Of a stretch of 64,000 nucleotides of DNA, positions 62,320 to 64,000 are shown piece by piece. The notes beneath the pieces were generated by a model that searched no databases, was not told where the DNA came from, and saw nothing but the letters and a program-made list of their open reading frames with translations. The stretch covers positions 45,694,001-45,758,000 of the forward strand of contig NC_042999.1 in assembly GCF_006345805.1 (NCBI RefSeq), in the 5' to 3' direction. Each line of letters begins with the position of its first letter. Within the stretch, counting starts at the first letter, position 1. The DNA is from Octopus sinensis (taxonomy: Eukaryota). The position numbers and the translations under genes were made by a program.

Positions 62320-62642
62320 CAGTGGTTCTCAACCATTTTTTATCTATGGACTCCTTTCATTACTACTTTACTTTGGTGGATCTCCATAGCCATTTGATGT
62401 TTAAAAACTAAATCTTTCAAAATTTCTATTTTGCTTTTCACATATTAACTTGTGCTGACTGAACTGCGTAAAACATTACAGAGAGAAATCTAGCTCTCTC
62501 TTGCAATAAATAAATCTAAAGGAAAATTTGTTTCATGGACCCTTAATATACTACTGTGGGTCCCTAATTTACTATTTTGCTTACGTTAACCCCCAATCTT
62601 ACATGGATCCCCAGGGGTATGGACTCTGTTTGAGAACCACTG
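62320..62642 (+). mobile_element. hAT/Charlie-type MITE
   Basis: 13-bp TIR CAGTGGTTCTCAA/TTGAGAACCACTG; degenerate 8-bp flanks ATCTAAGT and ATTCAAGG. Confidence 0.75.
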
Positions 62643-62739
62643 ATTCAAGGTGTAAACACAAAGCTGACATACTCAAATGGAATTAAGGAAGCCAGATGAT
62701 ACCTTAAAGACATCACATCACAAAAATATATTTTAATTC

Positions 62740-63100
62740 TCAATACTCTAATTTGGTTTCTCCACAGCACAACGATATCTCGATATCTCACTCTTTACTG
62801 TGGCTGCTGTTTGTATTCTCATACTTTTTATTTGCTCATAATATGTCCCTCACCTATGGTCCTAAATGTTGGTTAATGATCAAAAGTATACGATTATGAA
62901 AATGTGTGGCTGAAACGAGGTTCCTTCACTGGGTCTCTGGAGTAATGTTACTTGACAGGATGCATAGCTTTGAGATAGGGTTGCCTCTTCAGGTCAAGTT
63001 TCTAGGAGAGATCACGACTTTAGAATTATGGACATGTGATTAGAATATCACTGGAAAGAAATATTTTTCAAGGTAAGCCAGCTGACAAGTGACCTTAAGG
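62740..63100 (-). mobile_element. Possible decayed LINE apurinic-endonuclease N-terminal fragment
   Basis: Across frameshifts it reads TNI.T ... DIEI..CCGETK, reminiscent of the NVRT...DI..LSETR start of APE domains. Weak. Confidence 0.3.
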
Positions 63101-63386
63101 TAGACCAAGAATAAGACAGTTGGATATCCATAATCTCACTTGCTCCTGCTTGGTAATCCAATGGGGAAGTCTAATAATGGATGCTTCTGATACGACCCTA
63201 TTGCAGAGGTGTTTGAGGACTATGGTCCTTCCTCCATGACCCTCCCAGTAATAGTGAATGGAGAAAGTAGATGGGTGAATGGATTTTTCCCAGATTTTTA
63301 AATCTAAGTTACAGGTGTGCATAATAATAGAAAAGTGCTGCTTATTTTTCTATGGCCATATATGGGATAGTATAAGTTACATGTAT

Positions 63387-63830
63387 TAGTTAGTTAGTTA
63401 AGTTAATTTTTTGGCTCAAAAGCAAAAAGCAAGGCCATGTAGGGGAACATGGAGTTATGTACAAGGTGGTCTTCATGTAAAGAGTTCAGGCCACGTGTGG
63501 TCAAGAGAGACTTTGAACCGAGCGGTCGTCGGCATCTTCACTATCTCGTCCGGCAGCTTATTCCACGGATCCGCAACCTGGACGGAAAAAGCCCCTGTCC
63601 TTTGATTGAGATGAAATCGTCGCAGATAGAGCTTTTCGGAGTGACCCTGCAGCCGATGCTCTGGAGCAGGAGTGAAGAACAGCTCTTTCAAGAGATTACA
63701 CTTTCTGCTTATGATGTTGTGAGCAAGAATGAGATCACCACGGCGGCGGCGGCGTTTTTCTAGAGAATAAAGGTTGAGCGTCTTCAGCCTTTCTTCATAA
63801 GACAAATGCTTGAGACCAAGAACAAGCCAA
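63387..63830 (-). mobile_element. CR1-clade LINE 3' fragment
   Basis: SYEERLKTLNLYSLEKRRRRRGDLI...RLQGHSEKL...FSVQVADPWNKLP.EIV...TARFKVSLD, followed by a (TAAC)n-type tail. Confidence 0.88.
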
Positions 63831-64000
63831 ACCTATTGTTCCTAGCTAAGTGATGCATAATGAAGAGTTTAAATCCCTGTGGCAATTTTACATCTTTCTA
63901 TGATAGTGATAATACATTAAATGATTATATTTCGTAAGTGTCTCCATTAGATCATATTACACTTGTGTACTTATATGATTGTATTGCTCGAGGTTGTTTA

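Overview
AT-rich, repeat-saturated eukaryotic DNA. The SINE families, which I recognise from memory and not by database search, point to an Octopus (coleoid cephalopod) genome. The only confident host-gene piece is one 167-bp coding exon on the + strand (49321-49487) encoding most of RRM1 of a DAZAP1/Hrb27C-like RNA-binding protein. I found no neighbouring exon, so most of the window is probably intron. The rest is several tRNA-derived SINE families (often nested or tandem), four non-autonomous Helitrons, a mariner (DD34D) fossil with an internal 7 x 63-bp in-frame amplification, a long Penelope-like element (RT plus GIY-YIG), LINE fragments (CR1, RTE, HERO-like, possibly R4/Dong), hAT-type MITEs and very long TA/TATG microsatellites. 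The best find is a set of hammerhead-ribozyme (HHR) elements. The clearest is a 1.5-mer, 357-nt-monomer, TSD-flanked retrozyme-like insertion at 3199-3761, whose type I HHR has a U3-A8 compensatory core. Three more HHR motifs lie on the - strand: a G3-C8 variant at 23843-23889, a canonical C3-G8 motif at 54642-54725, and a defective one in the Penelope end at 57334-57370. All alignments and folds were done by eye.
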